Shown here: positions 38,101-50,600 of the stretch, piece after piece
Layout: the number at the start of each line of letters is the position of its first letter
Position numbering within the stretch: position 1 is the stretch's first letter
From: Mytilus californianus
Lineage: Eukaryota
DNA: 64,000 nucleotides
Direction of reading: 5' to 3'
Assembly: GCF_021869535.1 (NCBI RefSeq)
Contig: NW_026262679.1
Span: 39,494,001 to 39,558,000 of the forward strand
Program-made: the position numbers and the translations under genes
Notes under the pieces: model-generated
Seen by the model: only the letters and a program-made list of their open reading frames with translations
Database searches by the model: none
Told to the model about the DNA's origin: nothing

Positions 38101-41100
38101 CAAATTTTTAACCTCACTGAAGAACATTTAAATTGTCCACATGTTAATAACTTATTCAAGATGTCATTAATTTCCGATGTGACTTTTTACTGTTGGCTTG
38201 GGATTTCTAACGGGGATACTTTCAATAAATCGTTCATTTAGAGCATCTGCAAATTGTTCAATATTCAGTGTTCGTATATTTCCTTGTTTGTACTTTTTTG
38301 CCCTTTCTAGCTGGTTTTCAATTTGTATTATTTCGTTGTGTTATATTTGACCTACAACAAATAATGACGACTATTTGATATCTAGAATAACGTAAGCTAA
38401 AAATCTTCCTGACCCCTTTCCCAAAATGAAATTCTCGTCCCCAAATATAATAGATAGGTAAGAGAAATCCAAAAGTTATTCATATAATTTTTATTTATTC
38501 AGGCTGTGGCATCACATATTGCTTCAGAAATAAGAAATTTTCCAAGTAAACAGACAAGGGATGTCATTAAAAGGAAAATCAGAGAGGCATCAAGTCAGGA
38601 CGATCCACATGTAAGAAGTTCATTTTAGGAAATCAATACCCTGGCACATGGTCATATGCGTGACCCAAGTTAGGAATTACTTCGGTGGTTATTCTTTGTT
38701 TGCACCATTTTCCTTGTTATTCAAGGATGTGTAATATTTAGTCTTTGTTCAATTTATTTACAGTTTTTAAGACAAGGCGAATTTAAAACTGGACGTATCG
38801 TATAGAAGAATATACATTGATTTCTAAGGGAGCAACCATTTAACTTCAAGGGTGGGGTTATGGGTTTTTTTGTCTGATTCAGAAATTTTTTTCGCGCTAT
38901 CAATCAAATTATTTTTTTTCAAAATTCAACACTATAATATTTTTTTACATCAAATTGGGGATCAGAATATTTTTGGTGGAAAAAACCATAAGCCCGACCT
39001 CCCCGTAAGTCGTCATTTGAGATAACCTGGGCACGCCCAAGCTGATCTCAAAAACCTTACCATCACTATCATAGACCACAACGAGGGTTGGTCAAGGGCA
39101 AACAGACTTGCTCGGGAAAGTTTTTGGATAAGAAAGTTAAGGACAGTTTCCTCAGAGGGCATTAATGAAAAAAACATAAAATGAGTCCCTACCATCACTT
39201 GTTTCCTGTATATAACTCAGGCTTCAGTACAGGACTCTCACAGTTTTAAGGAATGTATTCCTCCTCCCAAAAATCAATATTGAAAAAATTTACCAGAGTA
39301 CTGATTCGTGATAATTTGTATGATGTTCAAGATTATTATTTCAGTTCGACTACCACATGTCAAGATAAGAATCATTTGACATCTTACTGATGAAGGATAT
39401 TAGTTATCCGAAATATTAAATATTTGTTCATGATTTTTTTTTTGGTAATGTTGTACCCTTTTAGACTTGTTTGTTATATATTATATTTTGTAGTGTACTG
39501 CATCATATTTATATGATCCATCGCCTCGTAAGATTTATCGTTGGCTATTATTCAGACATTTGATATAAAAATATAAATATATATGAAACTAAGGTCATCA
39601 CTATAAGAGTGTTACGGCCAGACAAATTGGTCGAGCATTATTATTATTTAATATGTATCAAATAAATAGATAGATATTGACATATTTATCCAAATAACTC
39701 GCCTTTTTAACAACTTGATTGAATTTCGATTTTCACTACTGGCAATTCGATTGGTGTCGCAGATAAATATTACCCTTTCAGAGCACGCGATATCACTTCC
39801 ACTTGTGGTTAGACTTTAATGTTTACAGTTTGTATATTATCTTCTTTCCCTCATTGTTTGTGTATGAGATGGGAGTATGCGTTCTAATCGTAAGCCAATG
39901 CAAACACATATGGGAAAACACAAAACGGAACAGAAAAGCGCTTAAGTAAGGAGTTTGAAAGTTAATTCGTTGTTCCAATCAAGATTATTTTAAGAGATGT
40001 TCATTATAAGTAGCCAGTATTAAGGGACATTGTTTTCAGACAGAACTTTGATATTTTTTATATCCCAATTGCATAATTATCCGCAACTCATGGAAAGGTA
40101 TGCGTCCAAATCCCTGCAATGCTATGCGAGTACTTTCATATCTGTACTAAGTTTCTTTAGTGTTTTTTGTTAGTTATTTTGTGCTTTGTATTGATCTGAT
40201 GAGTTAAGTCCTTTTCAACAGATTTTTATAGTTTCTGCTTATGTTGTGCTGTTACACCACTGTCCTAGGTTAGGGGAGGGTTGGTTTGGTGCCCGTAAAC
40301 ATGTTAATGCCATATCTGCATGTGCCTGTCCCAAGTCATGAGTTTGTTTGTTGTTTTTTTTTTCACTTGGCCTCTGGTTTTGTAGTTTGAATTGTTTTAC
40401 ATTTGTCATTTCGGAACCGTATAGAGCTTGCTATGAGGTAGGGGTGTTGCTCATTGTTGAAGGCCGTATGGTGACTAACTTTTACGACATTTGGTATCTA
40501 TTGGAGAGTTGTTTAATTGGCAATCATACCACTTTTTTTTTATATAGTTTAATGTATCGTTCTACTATATAAAATTGAGTACATGCCAAAAGGAGGGGGT
40601 AAGTAGCAGCAGGACAGATAAATCTCAAGATAAAAACAAAAAAACAAACAACAGCGGAGAAACTATTTTTGATTGATAAATACCATACAATATATAAAAA
40701 TGGACTTCCCCTTTTTTTATTATACTGTTTTCCAAATACACAAGAACATACAAAAACAAATTAATAAATGTTAGATTCTTTAAAAAAAATATCAACAATT
40801 GTATATGATTTCAAAAGAAAAAGCAAAGATGCGATAAAAGTACTGAAATGCTTCTAGAGAGGATACATTGGAAAAAAAGAGAATACTATTCTTAATCTTG
40901 ACAGTCACTGGAATGTCTCTAATGAACAACTAGATAGCCCATACAACTATGCCTTTAGCGTTGATATAGTGATTCTGTATGATATTTATAATTATGAATG
41001 CTTTTGTTATTGAAGGAAAATATAAAGGTGTAAAACATCAATTGTAAATATAACTGGTATGATTAAAAATTGTTTAGACACTTTATTTTTCCTTTATAGG

Positions 41101-44100
41101 ATGACTGTTTAGATATGGTTATGGATTTTATTAATCCTCTAAGTCATGAAAACGAAAAAGGAATGTTTTTGGAACTGAACCTAAGTACCTTGCAACTTGG
41201 CGATAGGGTTCGTCGGGGACCTGATTGGTCGTTTGGTGATCAAGATCGTAATCTTCCTGGAACAGTCGTCGGTCTTAACGGAGGTGGTATGTATAGTTTT
41301 TTCGATATTGTTTTTATTTTTTCTGAATATGGTGCGGTTGAATTCTTTCATATAGCAAACATGCAAACACAAGTGTAAACAAATTTATACTGTAAGTTCT
41401 ATTCACTTTTAGTTTTTTTAAAGGAGAGACAAAGTGGCAGTCAGTAAATGCTTTCGAATTTAGACAAATTCAAATATTTTTTATATATGATGAAGACGAT
41501 ATGATGATGATTCTTGAGTCAACATACCAGTTTCACAATTTAATCAAATTGTATATGCATGATGACAGCGCATAGTTTGAGAAGTGTACTTTGCTGAAAC
41601 ATATGTTTTAGATGTGTTTCACCTATGCTTAAATTTTCCTAGTTTTTAGATTTTTTTTTCAAATATTGCATTACCTTGGATAGGTTAAAATAATTTGTTC
41701 TTATCAATTAGTGTGCGCATTTTTCTTTAAAGGTACAATTTGGGTAGAATGGGATCATGGCGATAAAAATGTATATGCGTATGATGAACAAAGACACCAT
41801 TATAAAATTATGAAAGTGAATGAACCCAGAAAACTTGTTGATGGGATTATCGCCGTTGGTTGCAGAGTTGTTAGAGGTAATTACGAAATACATGTATTTT
41901 GATATCCTTATTTCAATTAAGATTATATGTGCATATAAAAAGTTTATTATTGTCTTTTTGAACAAACTATTCAAATAAGAACTAACTTTATAGAAAACCG
42001 ACATCTTCATTGTGTTTAGATGGTTATTTCTACATATAAACATATTTAGGCCAGTAAGGTAACATAACAAAATAGTTTTTTATATCTTATTAAGTAAATG
42101 TTCCAATAATATTCATGAAATCTAAAGCTATAACTGTTAATTTCACAACAATACGCTTGAGACAATATCTTATAGGACAAGATTGGAAGTTTGACGATAC
42201 CGATGGTGGACCAGGTAGTATAGGAACTGTTTTAGATGTAAGAAGAGAAGGCAATGTTGTGGTGAGTAGAACCTTTACTACTACAACTAACGAATATATG
42301 AAAAAACAAATTCAAAACCTAAAATTCAACAATAAGCCAGTTTTGGCACAACTATTTGAAATCGTTTGTTTCCATTGTTCTTCAATATACAAATTAGTTT
42401 TGTTTGGTTTTAGTACCACTGATGATTCTTGGTAAAGACGAAACACGCATATGTGTTCTTAATTACAATTTTGGTATCTGTAATGAGTTTTTGAAGAGAT
42501 CACATATGTTTCAACAAGTATATTGTTATTGCCTTACATAATGTATATTTGAAGACTTTTTCATTTTGTATCATTGTAGGTAAGATGGGACTGTAAACGA
42601 ACATGTCTGTATAAGATGGGATGTAAAGGGCGATTTGAAATTCGTTTGCAGTAAGTATTTAAATTACACGGTTGTCATTCAAAGAGTTATATATCAATGA
42701 AATGCACACACTTTGACAAAAATGGACATTGTTTATATATAGATATATATAAACGAAATGTTACTAGGATTCTTAAATACATATTAAACATTATTTTTTA
42801 TTATCTTATTACTATTTCTTTGGTTTGCATTTTTACTCGAAAGTAGTATATTTTGGGAAATACGAACTTGAATGTGTTTCGATCAATCATTTAGATAAAT
42901 TTGGTTAAAACAATGCCCCAAAACTTTACTTGTACATTATTAATTTGCAAGATAATAATTTGACCTCATTAAATCCCTCTTAATTCGCCTTATTTTAAGA
43001 TGATTTTGAATTTGCTATGCATGTACACACTACAAACCAGTAAAAGTCTGAAATGGCCTATATCTGTACTCGACTGTACTGATTTTTACTCGACCAGTCT
43101 GAATTGGTCTGAATTTTACTTAATACTACTCGACCCAGTCTTAACCATACTCGACTGTACTGATTTGTACTTGACCCTTATCTTTGCTATTGAAAATAGT
43201 CTAAACTATTACTCGACCAGTCTGAAACAGTCTTAACCCAGTCTGGACCAGTACTCGACCAGCTCTCGACCTATTTTTTCAGTCTGAACCATACTCGACC
43301 AAAGGTCTGAACAATACTCGACCAGTCTGAACCATACTTTACCAAATAACCTCTGCTTTATAATTTTGATTGTTTAAATAACTTTCTCTTTAACTTACAT
43401 GACAACAGCCACAATTAAAAAAAGATATATATAAAAACATTTTTTACATTCTTTAATAATACATGATTCTCTTAGATTTGGCAAATCGAGATAGTTAAAT
43501 TATCTAATTTTAAAGTCTGAGTCTTGTTAAATAAAAGACTTGTTTTACCTGAAAACCACACCTATACTGAGGGTAATAAAACCTTATTAAAAATAAGGTG
43601 TTTTTTGTTTGGCATGTGTTTTTTTTTTAAACAAAACTTGATTTTCCTAAATTCCTAAATAAAAACGAATGTAGGACAGAAAGTCACAGGACAAAAAGTC
43701 ACAATTCAGTTTTGAGGTTATTTTTCTTTGAACAATAGAACACTTATTTTTAAAAAAACATTTTTGTATTTTTCTTGAAACAATATCAATAATGATCAAA
43801 TAATTGTTAAGAAAACAAAATGTTACAATGTCTTGGTACTTAAATGGCTTCATGGTGCCAAGAAATATATCCTTTGCATGATTAAAATTTTATAAATCTT
43901 TATTTATCAAATTAAGTCTTATGAACAATTTCCTAAACTGTAAAATGAATATGTGTCATAAAAAGTAAACATTTCAGGATCTTTCTCATAAATATTCAAT
44001 CAATTGTATACAAATTATTTGTGACTTTTTGTCCTATCAAATTTGTGACTTTCTGTCCTGTGACTTTCTGTACTTAGGTTTCATGGTTATATACAATAGT

Positions 44101-47100
44101 TATATAACTATCTTTTTAATGAGGTAACAACAGCCAACAAAATCACTGACATTGTTTAACCTTATATCAGAAATATATCTATTCCTATTCATAATTTGGG
44201 ATATATATATATTTTAAAAGGGATAAAAAATTCAAGAAATGAATAAAATTTTTCTTCTGATAAGGGGTAAACTATAAAGTAATACATCCTGCTTGACGCA
44301 CACTGATTAAAAAGATCACACCTGGTCAGAGAGTAATAAATTTTAAATAACATCCATTGAAAATTACAACATCCTGTAAAACTTAAATAACAAGGCCTTT
44401 GAATTCACTAGATAAGTAATACACGAGTTTAAGAAAAATATGGTTTTCTTTTTACCTGTAAAACACCTGTACTGAGGTAATTAAACCATTAAACCTTATT
44501 AAACTGCTTCTTGTATGCCATGTCTTTAATTTTGACAAAACGTATTTAAATTTAATTAAAATAAATTTCTACTGCTACTTTGGAATACATTTCCTTTTTT
44601 AAAAGGTTATCAAGGATAAAAAGATGAAAGTTTTATTATTATTATTATATTAAATTTTTGATTTTACAAAACAAAGGTGTCAATTCTAACATTTATTAAG
44701 TTGCTTTATATACTATTTTATATATATTTTGATAAAAAAAAAATTGAATAACATTTAAGATATTTGAATAATGGTTGAAAGTTATAGTATTTTTGATGCA
44801 TAAATCAATGTGAACATGATATCATGTATATGAAAATTCATTTAACGAACTTAATTTATTACATGATATTTTTTTAATCCAACCAGAAATTTGATCACCT
44901 TGTTTTATTTTAATTTTAAATGTGATATACATTTTATATATATATATATATATGAATAACAGTTCCTAAATTAATGAAAAAATAATATAGATAGATACAA
45001 AAAATAGGTCTAGGTTGGTTAAGACTTGGTCGAGTATGGTTCAGACTAGGTCGAGTATGGTTCAGACTAGGTCGAGCATGGTTCAGACTTGGTCGAGAAT
45101 GGTTAAGACTATGTCGAGTATGGTTCAGACTCGTATAAAATGGTTAAGTACTGGTCGAGTAAAGGTCGAGTACAAGTTCAGACTGTTTAGTATGGTTCAG
45201 ACTACAGTCGAGTAATATCAAGTAAATTTCAGACCAATTCAGACTGGTCGAGTAAAAATCAGTTCAGTCGAGTACAAATATAGGCCATTTCAGACTTTTA
45301 CTGGTTTGTAGTGACAGTTATTAAAAAGAATGTCAGCTACAAATAGTAAACTAGGGATTTAATCGGAAGACCGATTATATTGACTGATTTGACACGCAAA
45401 AATTCATTCTTATACAGGTTACAGATAAAACAACGATGTATATTACTTTTTATATTTGATATATAATATCAAACGTTAACATTTTCATTATTCTATTGCA
45501 CGTGTTATTTTTATTTAACTAGCTTGTTTATATTTACCTACCTATGTTTATATCAGGATTTGATTTCTATCGGCTATCATCGAAGGTCATGTCGATTGAT
45601 AATCAGTAGATGACGTTCAGTCCCAAAATGTAAAAAAAGAAATCATATATTGTTTATTGTAGCCTATGGAACTTATGTAATTTGGATATGCGTTTTAGTA
45701 TGTTATAAATCGAATTTAATAGTTTCATAATTTGGCAGGTAATGCCCCTTTTTTAATACTGACACCAAAGGTATTTAATTTATTTCTCCCTTAACATTGC
45801 ATTATCTTATATAGCATGTCCCACAAATTAAGCTTTTTGTTGATCTAATAATTGTATGTTGATATTTAACAGATGGTGAAAATAATTATATGGAAGCTTT
45901 GCTTTTATTTCAAGGTCAAACTTAATATTGACAATTTTTTTTTTCCGAGTTCACAAATTTAAACATCGGTAAAGATGTAAAGACTCGTATTGGATTATAT
46001 GGAACAGCTATCTGTATTATTATATTTCAAAATACATCAACTTATATCTTATCATTATAAAGAGGTGATAACGCCCAAACTAGTCGACAAAACAGGAACC
46101 GAATGCCAAGACGTCGGCATGCAAGACGCCTATCAATGTCAGACGAGGAGGAAGAATATGTATCATCTACAAAACATGCTAGCGACTACGTCATTCCAAT
46201 ATATTCAGATTCAACAGGTACTCTAGTACTCTACTTTATGAATTCTTTAATTTATTTACAATTTTATATGTAATCAATAGAATATATAAGCTCAATCAAT
46301 ATGATGATGATTCAAAAAGAAAATGTGTTATTTTGTTTGGTTTATTTTTAGATATATTTTAACAATAATAAAAACTTGAACCAATGTTCTTTTAACACAG
46401 TAAGCGCTATTTGGGAGTATAAAGACGGTTCATATTGGAAGGAGTATCCTGATGATATAAATGTAAAAATAGAAAGGGCTTACCAGAGAAAACAAAGGAA
46501 AACCATTATCGAAATGGATCGTACTACGTAAGTAAATATAACGTTATATTTCAAGCTGTTGCTAGCATGGTTTAGTGAAAAATATGTTTATACATCAGGT
46601 ACGTTGTAATGTCATAACTTTAGCCAGGATTAATTCACTATTAAGAATGTTCGCTACTCTGTTTCAAAATGACAAGCTTTTCAAAAGACTGTTATAAAAT
46701 GATAGTATATAAATAAAGGAACTAAAAAAGCAGAAAAAAATGAAGGGTCCGTATGCTTGTTTTTGAGATATAAGCCATTGAACATTTGGCGGGAAATGGT
46801 ACGTTCTCTCTAGATTTTTCATACTATAACATTGTCCACTTTTCTCTTATAAAAACTATGAAAATATAAAAGGATTTTATAAAATTTTTCAAATATGGCT
46901 TTTAAAACTATATGAAATAAAATTATGGAAAGAAAAGTAGGGGTCAGTGGACAAAATTTTTGCAATAATTAAAACACGATGCAATAATATATTCTGGATT
47001 GTTTTCCTTATTTGGATATTCCAATGACCCTCATTACAGGTTTGAAGTACATTTTTCTGAAATGGAACAGGAAAACCCCAAAAACAAGACAAAAGTAACA

Positions 47101-47371
47101 GTAAGAAGAAGAGGTCAGTTTGAAATTACAAGTTATACCATAATGGTAAACGATTAATGGTTTAATTTTAATGAGGCAAGAAAATAACTTTTTTCCATGA
47201 GATATTTTATTTATTAACTTTATATTCTAATTGAAAGTAATGAAGATGATTATTCATTTGTATGATCAGTCCATTTAATATTTTCACATAAAAATATCAC
47301 AATAAATCTACAAATAATCAAAGAATAAACCATAAAATATCTGAATTAATACTATGTTTATTTCAGACTGA
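20121..47371 (+). CDS. Uncharacterised multi-exon gene: N-terminal low-complexity/repeat region, vWA, 2x MIB/HERC2, WWE (~940 aa)
   Basis: Phase-compatible exons: 20121-20201 (ATG 20174), 22667-23486, 24439-24711, 29096-29154, 30148-30213, 31067-31201 (GC donor), 31371-31490, 32194-32265, 34691-34792, 35895-35921, 36261(or 36251)-36343, 37940-38026, 38503-38610, 41100-41286, 41733-41876, 42176-42261, 42580-42650, 46063-46217, 46401-46527, 47040-47113 and 47367-47371 (stop). The sum from the ATG is 2829 nt, open throughout. The true start and the 35921/36251-36261 junction are uncertain. Confidence 0.85.
21044..21382 (+). mobile_element. tRNA-derived SINE, full length
   Basis: A box TGGTCTCGTGG, B box GGTTCGAATC (21087-21096), conserved body and a (CCAT)n tail. 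Confidence 0.85.
25300..28780 (+). mobile_element. Naiad-type Penelope-like retroelement B (N-terminal GIY-YIG, CxC linker, RT); near full length, decayed; candidate selenoprotein ORF; in intron 3 of the vWA gene
   Basis: EN: GCGIQYVGETGRYLSKRTQEH…ELNWIKKLQTVYPLGLN (25452-25710). Linker: TSCNCSNSEY…HVITGDL. RT: ADKAANNIIIV*RKFY…YWLPKLHK…GIPMGTNCAP…RYLDD…PFLDLDI…SQLVRFAR. Native stop at ~28139-28141. Frameshifts (several in homopolymers) and a TAA at 26925-26927. The 5' boundary is approximate. Confidence 0.92.
28187..28264 (+). promoter_or_regulatory. SECIS element (type II) in the 3' UTR of Naiad B
   Basis: UCUUCUCAUAU-auguu-AUGAU(28203-28207)-GGUAUGAUACU-AAA(28219-28221)-CCC cuaac GGG-A-AGGAUUGUGCC-UGAU(28245-28248)-auuc-AUAUGA-u-GAAGA, starting ~45 nt after the RT stop. 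Confidence 0.88.
31067..38026 (+). CDS. vWA domain exons of the above gene
   Basis: HITLVLDISERM…FEAMKTAAVQYI…IGLAVFG…GNAPILGGL…HMIIFTDG…KIYYVPVG…LEEAVRQTHGKVI follows the vWA strand/helix order. Confidence 0.85.
32645..33467. mobile_element. Internally deleted MULE-like DNA transposon
   Basis: TIR GGTC(A/G)TTTGAGCG with subterminal GGACATTTGAGCG repeats. The internal remnant QRPSKIIRTELQ…SKAIYRKRRKSHPALPKSREE resembles invertebrate Mutator transposase N-termini (from memory). Flanked by ATTG on both sides. Confidence 0.7.
34005..34159. mobile_element. Foldback (palindromic) MITE
   Basis: gaaataattcatggg…atcgtgattttaccacgggttg…ttttacc and its reverse-complement arm ending cccatgaattatttc. 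Confidence 0.8.
41100..42650 (+). CDS. Two MIB/HERC2 domains of the above gene
   Basis: LGDRVRRGPDWSFGDQD…GTVV…IWVEWDHG…Y and VGCRVVRGQDWKFDDTDGGPGSIGTV…VVVRWD…YKMG both match the G-x-RV-x-RG-x-DW-x-(W/F)-x-DQDG…GTV…V-x-WD signature. Confidence 0.9.
43028..45313. mobile_element. Non-autonomous CACTA/EnSpm-type DNA transposon
   Basis: Ends are CACTACAAACCAGTAAAAGTCTGAAATGGCC… with a near-perfect inverted copy ending …GGTTTGTAGTG. 3-bp TSD ACA. Subterminal ACTCGACC repeats at 43060-43345 and 45010-45290. Confidence 0.9.
43672..44076. mobile_element. MITE nested inside the CACTA element
   Basis: TIR TAGGACAGAAAGTCACAGGACAAAAAGTCAC with an inverted copy …GTGACTTTCTGTCCTGTGACTTTCTGTACTTA. Confidence 0.7.
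46401..47371 (+). CDS. C-terminal WWE domain of the above gene
   Basis: AIWEYKDGSYWKEYPDDINVKIERAYQRKQRKTIIEMDRTTFEVHFSEMEQENPKNKTKVTVRRRD* fits the W…W-x2-Y…IE-x-AY…M-x-Q-x-N…RR pattern. Confidence 0.85.
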
Positions 47372-47622
47372 TGATAGCTGATGGAAAACTTTCAGTGTTA
47401 GCACTAGTCTTTTGGATGAAGACAACCTAGAGGCAGTTAATCTATGAACCTGAATGTTTATCGTGTCTGTTCTCGTCCATGCGTCTGTTTTTTGGGCAAA
47501 CAAAATATACTAACATGAAGATCACCTCCCTCAATTCAATAATATCAGCACAGAAGGAAAATGTTGTTCGTTCGATCCTACTGTGTCAGCTTGTGCTGTT
47601 TATTGTGTATCTTCCCTTTCTT

Positions 47623-50600
47623 TCAATTATCTATTTGGCTTTTAATACTTGTTATTATGACATCTTTTTGTAGACCATTAACTACCAGTACTTTGTTGCG
47701 TGATCTGGATCCCTATATAAAACAATAAAAAATGTCAAACTGTTTTGCTTATGTTCATAAGATCTACTAAATACTATTCACTGTCATCAAATGGTTCAGC
47801 TTAGTAAATTGTGCAGTTCAAATCGAAATAACATTTAAAAGTTATCATTTGTTTCGCAAAACAGCGTGTATGTCTCGCTTGTATTCCCAAATTTGAAGTT
47901 TTTTCGTTTATATTTTCTATGTCCTAGGAAAGCCTAGGTTCGCACTCAAGACAGATCGTCATTTGTTGTGGGTTTATTTTCTTGTAATCCAGGGGGGAAA
48001 TACAGCAAATCGATCTTTTTAGATTGTTAACCTAGTGTCAGCATTTTTCTGTCAGCAATGTTATAAGAGGTAGGGTTAATGTCCCCTAAATTTATTTCAC
48101 ACTGACAATGGCTCCTTTCGAAAATTATCATTCATTATTGAGAGTATCACAGCTTCATGTGTATATACTTTGAAAATGTAACACCTTTATGTCGTATTTC
48201 TGATCTTGTAATCATATTATAAATGCTTAAAGATTGTCCAATAATATAATTTTAAAATATTTAGACAAATCTAGAGCATTTACCAAAACAATGAACCAGA
48301 AAGAATCAAAAACAAATATCTATGACTATCTGAAGTAAAACTACGTATTTTAAGTTAAGATACAAATTTTGTGAATATTAACAAAGTTGTTAAAAAAATC
48401 TAATCGGTATTAAATTATTAAAACTCCACTAGATTTCGTGCCTTTCGGATTTTGACCTGTAAGTAAAATAAGAAAATAAGGAGATGTGTCATGATTGTTA
48501 GTTAGACAACTATCCACCAGATACCAAAGATGTGGATTTAAGCAATTATAGGTCACAGTACGACCTTCAACATTGAGCAAAACCCATACCGTATATTAAG
48601 CTGTAAAAGGCCCCGGTGAAATAATTTCAAGGGGAATTGGCCATCCTTCTTTATATTGATACCGTTATTAATGTAGCGATTTAGTCTGTTTTCAATAAAA
48701 ACAAAACTTAATGTTATTCTATTTCTTTATAAGATTAACATGCTTTGTAGGTGATATTATGTGCCAAATGTTGCTCCTATGCTGAGTGTTTTTAACATTC
48801 TTATCGATTCTTACGTAGTTGAAAATAATAACGAGTCAAGAAAGTTTGTTTTAAAAGATTTTGACCAATCATATATCAGTTTGAGGGATTCCTACCCATT
48901 ACATTAATGCATAATATATTCAAACCACCTTATCCTCTTTCCTCAGCTTTATCAGATAATTTTAAAAAAAAAACGGGTAAAAAGTATCTACCTTGTCTAG
49001 TGATATTTCTGACTTTCTGATACCCAATACTTTGGCCATATATTTAACAAGTTCTGTATTGGCCTCTCCATCCACTGGTGGAGCAGATATTTGAACACCT
49101 ATTCCATCGTCTTCAAAACCTGCAAAAATCATCCATGTTAATGTAAATTAGTTCTTAACTCTCAGTAACGGCGTCCTTTAATTTGGTTTTCTAAAACACA
49201 GGATCTAATTTTGCATTAAACGGAATGACTTTCTTGGTATAACTAGGTTTTGAATCAGGTAAGCTTTGCGAAAAGATTATAGATTATTTTTACCTGTAAT
49301 AGAATTGTGTTTAGCACCAGGTTTGGCTAAAATTTTTATTGATACAGATTTGTCAGGCTTCATAATAACAGGTCCTTCGTCTGTAGGTTGTACATCTGCC
49401 TTCTGAAATGAAATGTCAAGCATACATAAAAAAAAAACGATTAGAAATGTCCAAACAAATGCCTTAATTCTAATAAAAAAATATATTTACTTTAAAAAAA
49501 AGAAAAAAATAAGTATTCATATCACGAAAAAAAGTCGTATCATTTATAATGAAATATGCATTGAGAAAGTAAACATGAAACTGAACCATTCAACCGTACA
49601 CGTGAAGAAAACCTTTCACTTTTCTTTGAATGCCCGTTTTGTCACGTGACACAGACTTCATTTCCATGTTTACATCTCATAACTTTCTAAAATCAAAAAG
49701 CAAATTTTAAATCATAACCAGAATATGATGCTTCTTATTGAAGTCTCACATTTTATTAATAGAAGTACGTTTTGATCTTATATTTTCAATATAAAGATAA
49801 GAAGATGTGGTATAATTGCCAATAAGACAACTCTCCACTAGAAACCAAATGAGGTGAAAGTAAACAACTATAGGTCACCGTAGGACCTTCAGCAATGAAC
49901 AAATCACATACCGCATAGTAAAACTTATGAAATATTACAGTGTAAAAATATGTATTGCAGTAGATTGCTTTAGAGCATCTTTTTTGTATTCTTACGGCTA
50001 CATACATTATCAATTGTTTCATATTCTTCCTGCTGCATTCCTTTATGCAAATACATGTAACATATTTATGATGATGCATTGTATAACTTTTGTCTGATTG
50101 TAGATCAAATTTGATATTATTTAATGAAAATAAAATGTGTTTAAAAATGCAACGGGTTATTAGTTACAAATTTATACATTTTTATTAAAATTTCGTTGTT
50201 TTGCGTATGAAATTTTGATGTTTAACACATATTTTATTAGGAAACTCAGTAAAACGAGTGTAAACATGCCTTTAAAAAATACCTATCCTTTCTCGGCTTA
50301 TATATTTCAACTGTATGAATACGTGATGGTCTATTGTGCGTTACTGGTTATTACTTGTTCTGTCGATTCTACATGAAGCAATAGAACACCAAAGAATTAC
50401 GTAAAACTGAAACTTGTTCAGCGAGACGATATCGTGAGAAGGGATTCTAAAACACAATAAAGCAATTTCTAGACACTTATAGATCATGAAAGTATTGAGT
50501 AGACGCATAACTGTAAAAACGAACATAGCAAACGTATCTGTATATGACTTGAAAATAGATACTAGTAGCTGCTGATTCTCTGCCAAGCACGTAGCATTTA

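Noticed and set aside
45010-45215. ~21-bp repeats (GGTTCAGACTAGGTCGAGTAT) resembling a CRISPR array, and the repetitive ORF 45015-45215
   Set aside because: There are no unique spacers and the context is eukaryotic; these are subterminal repeats of the CACTA element, mirrored at 43060-43345.
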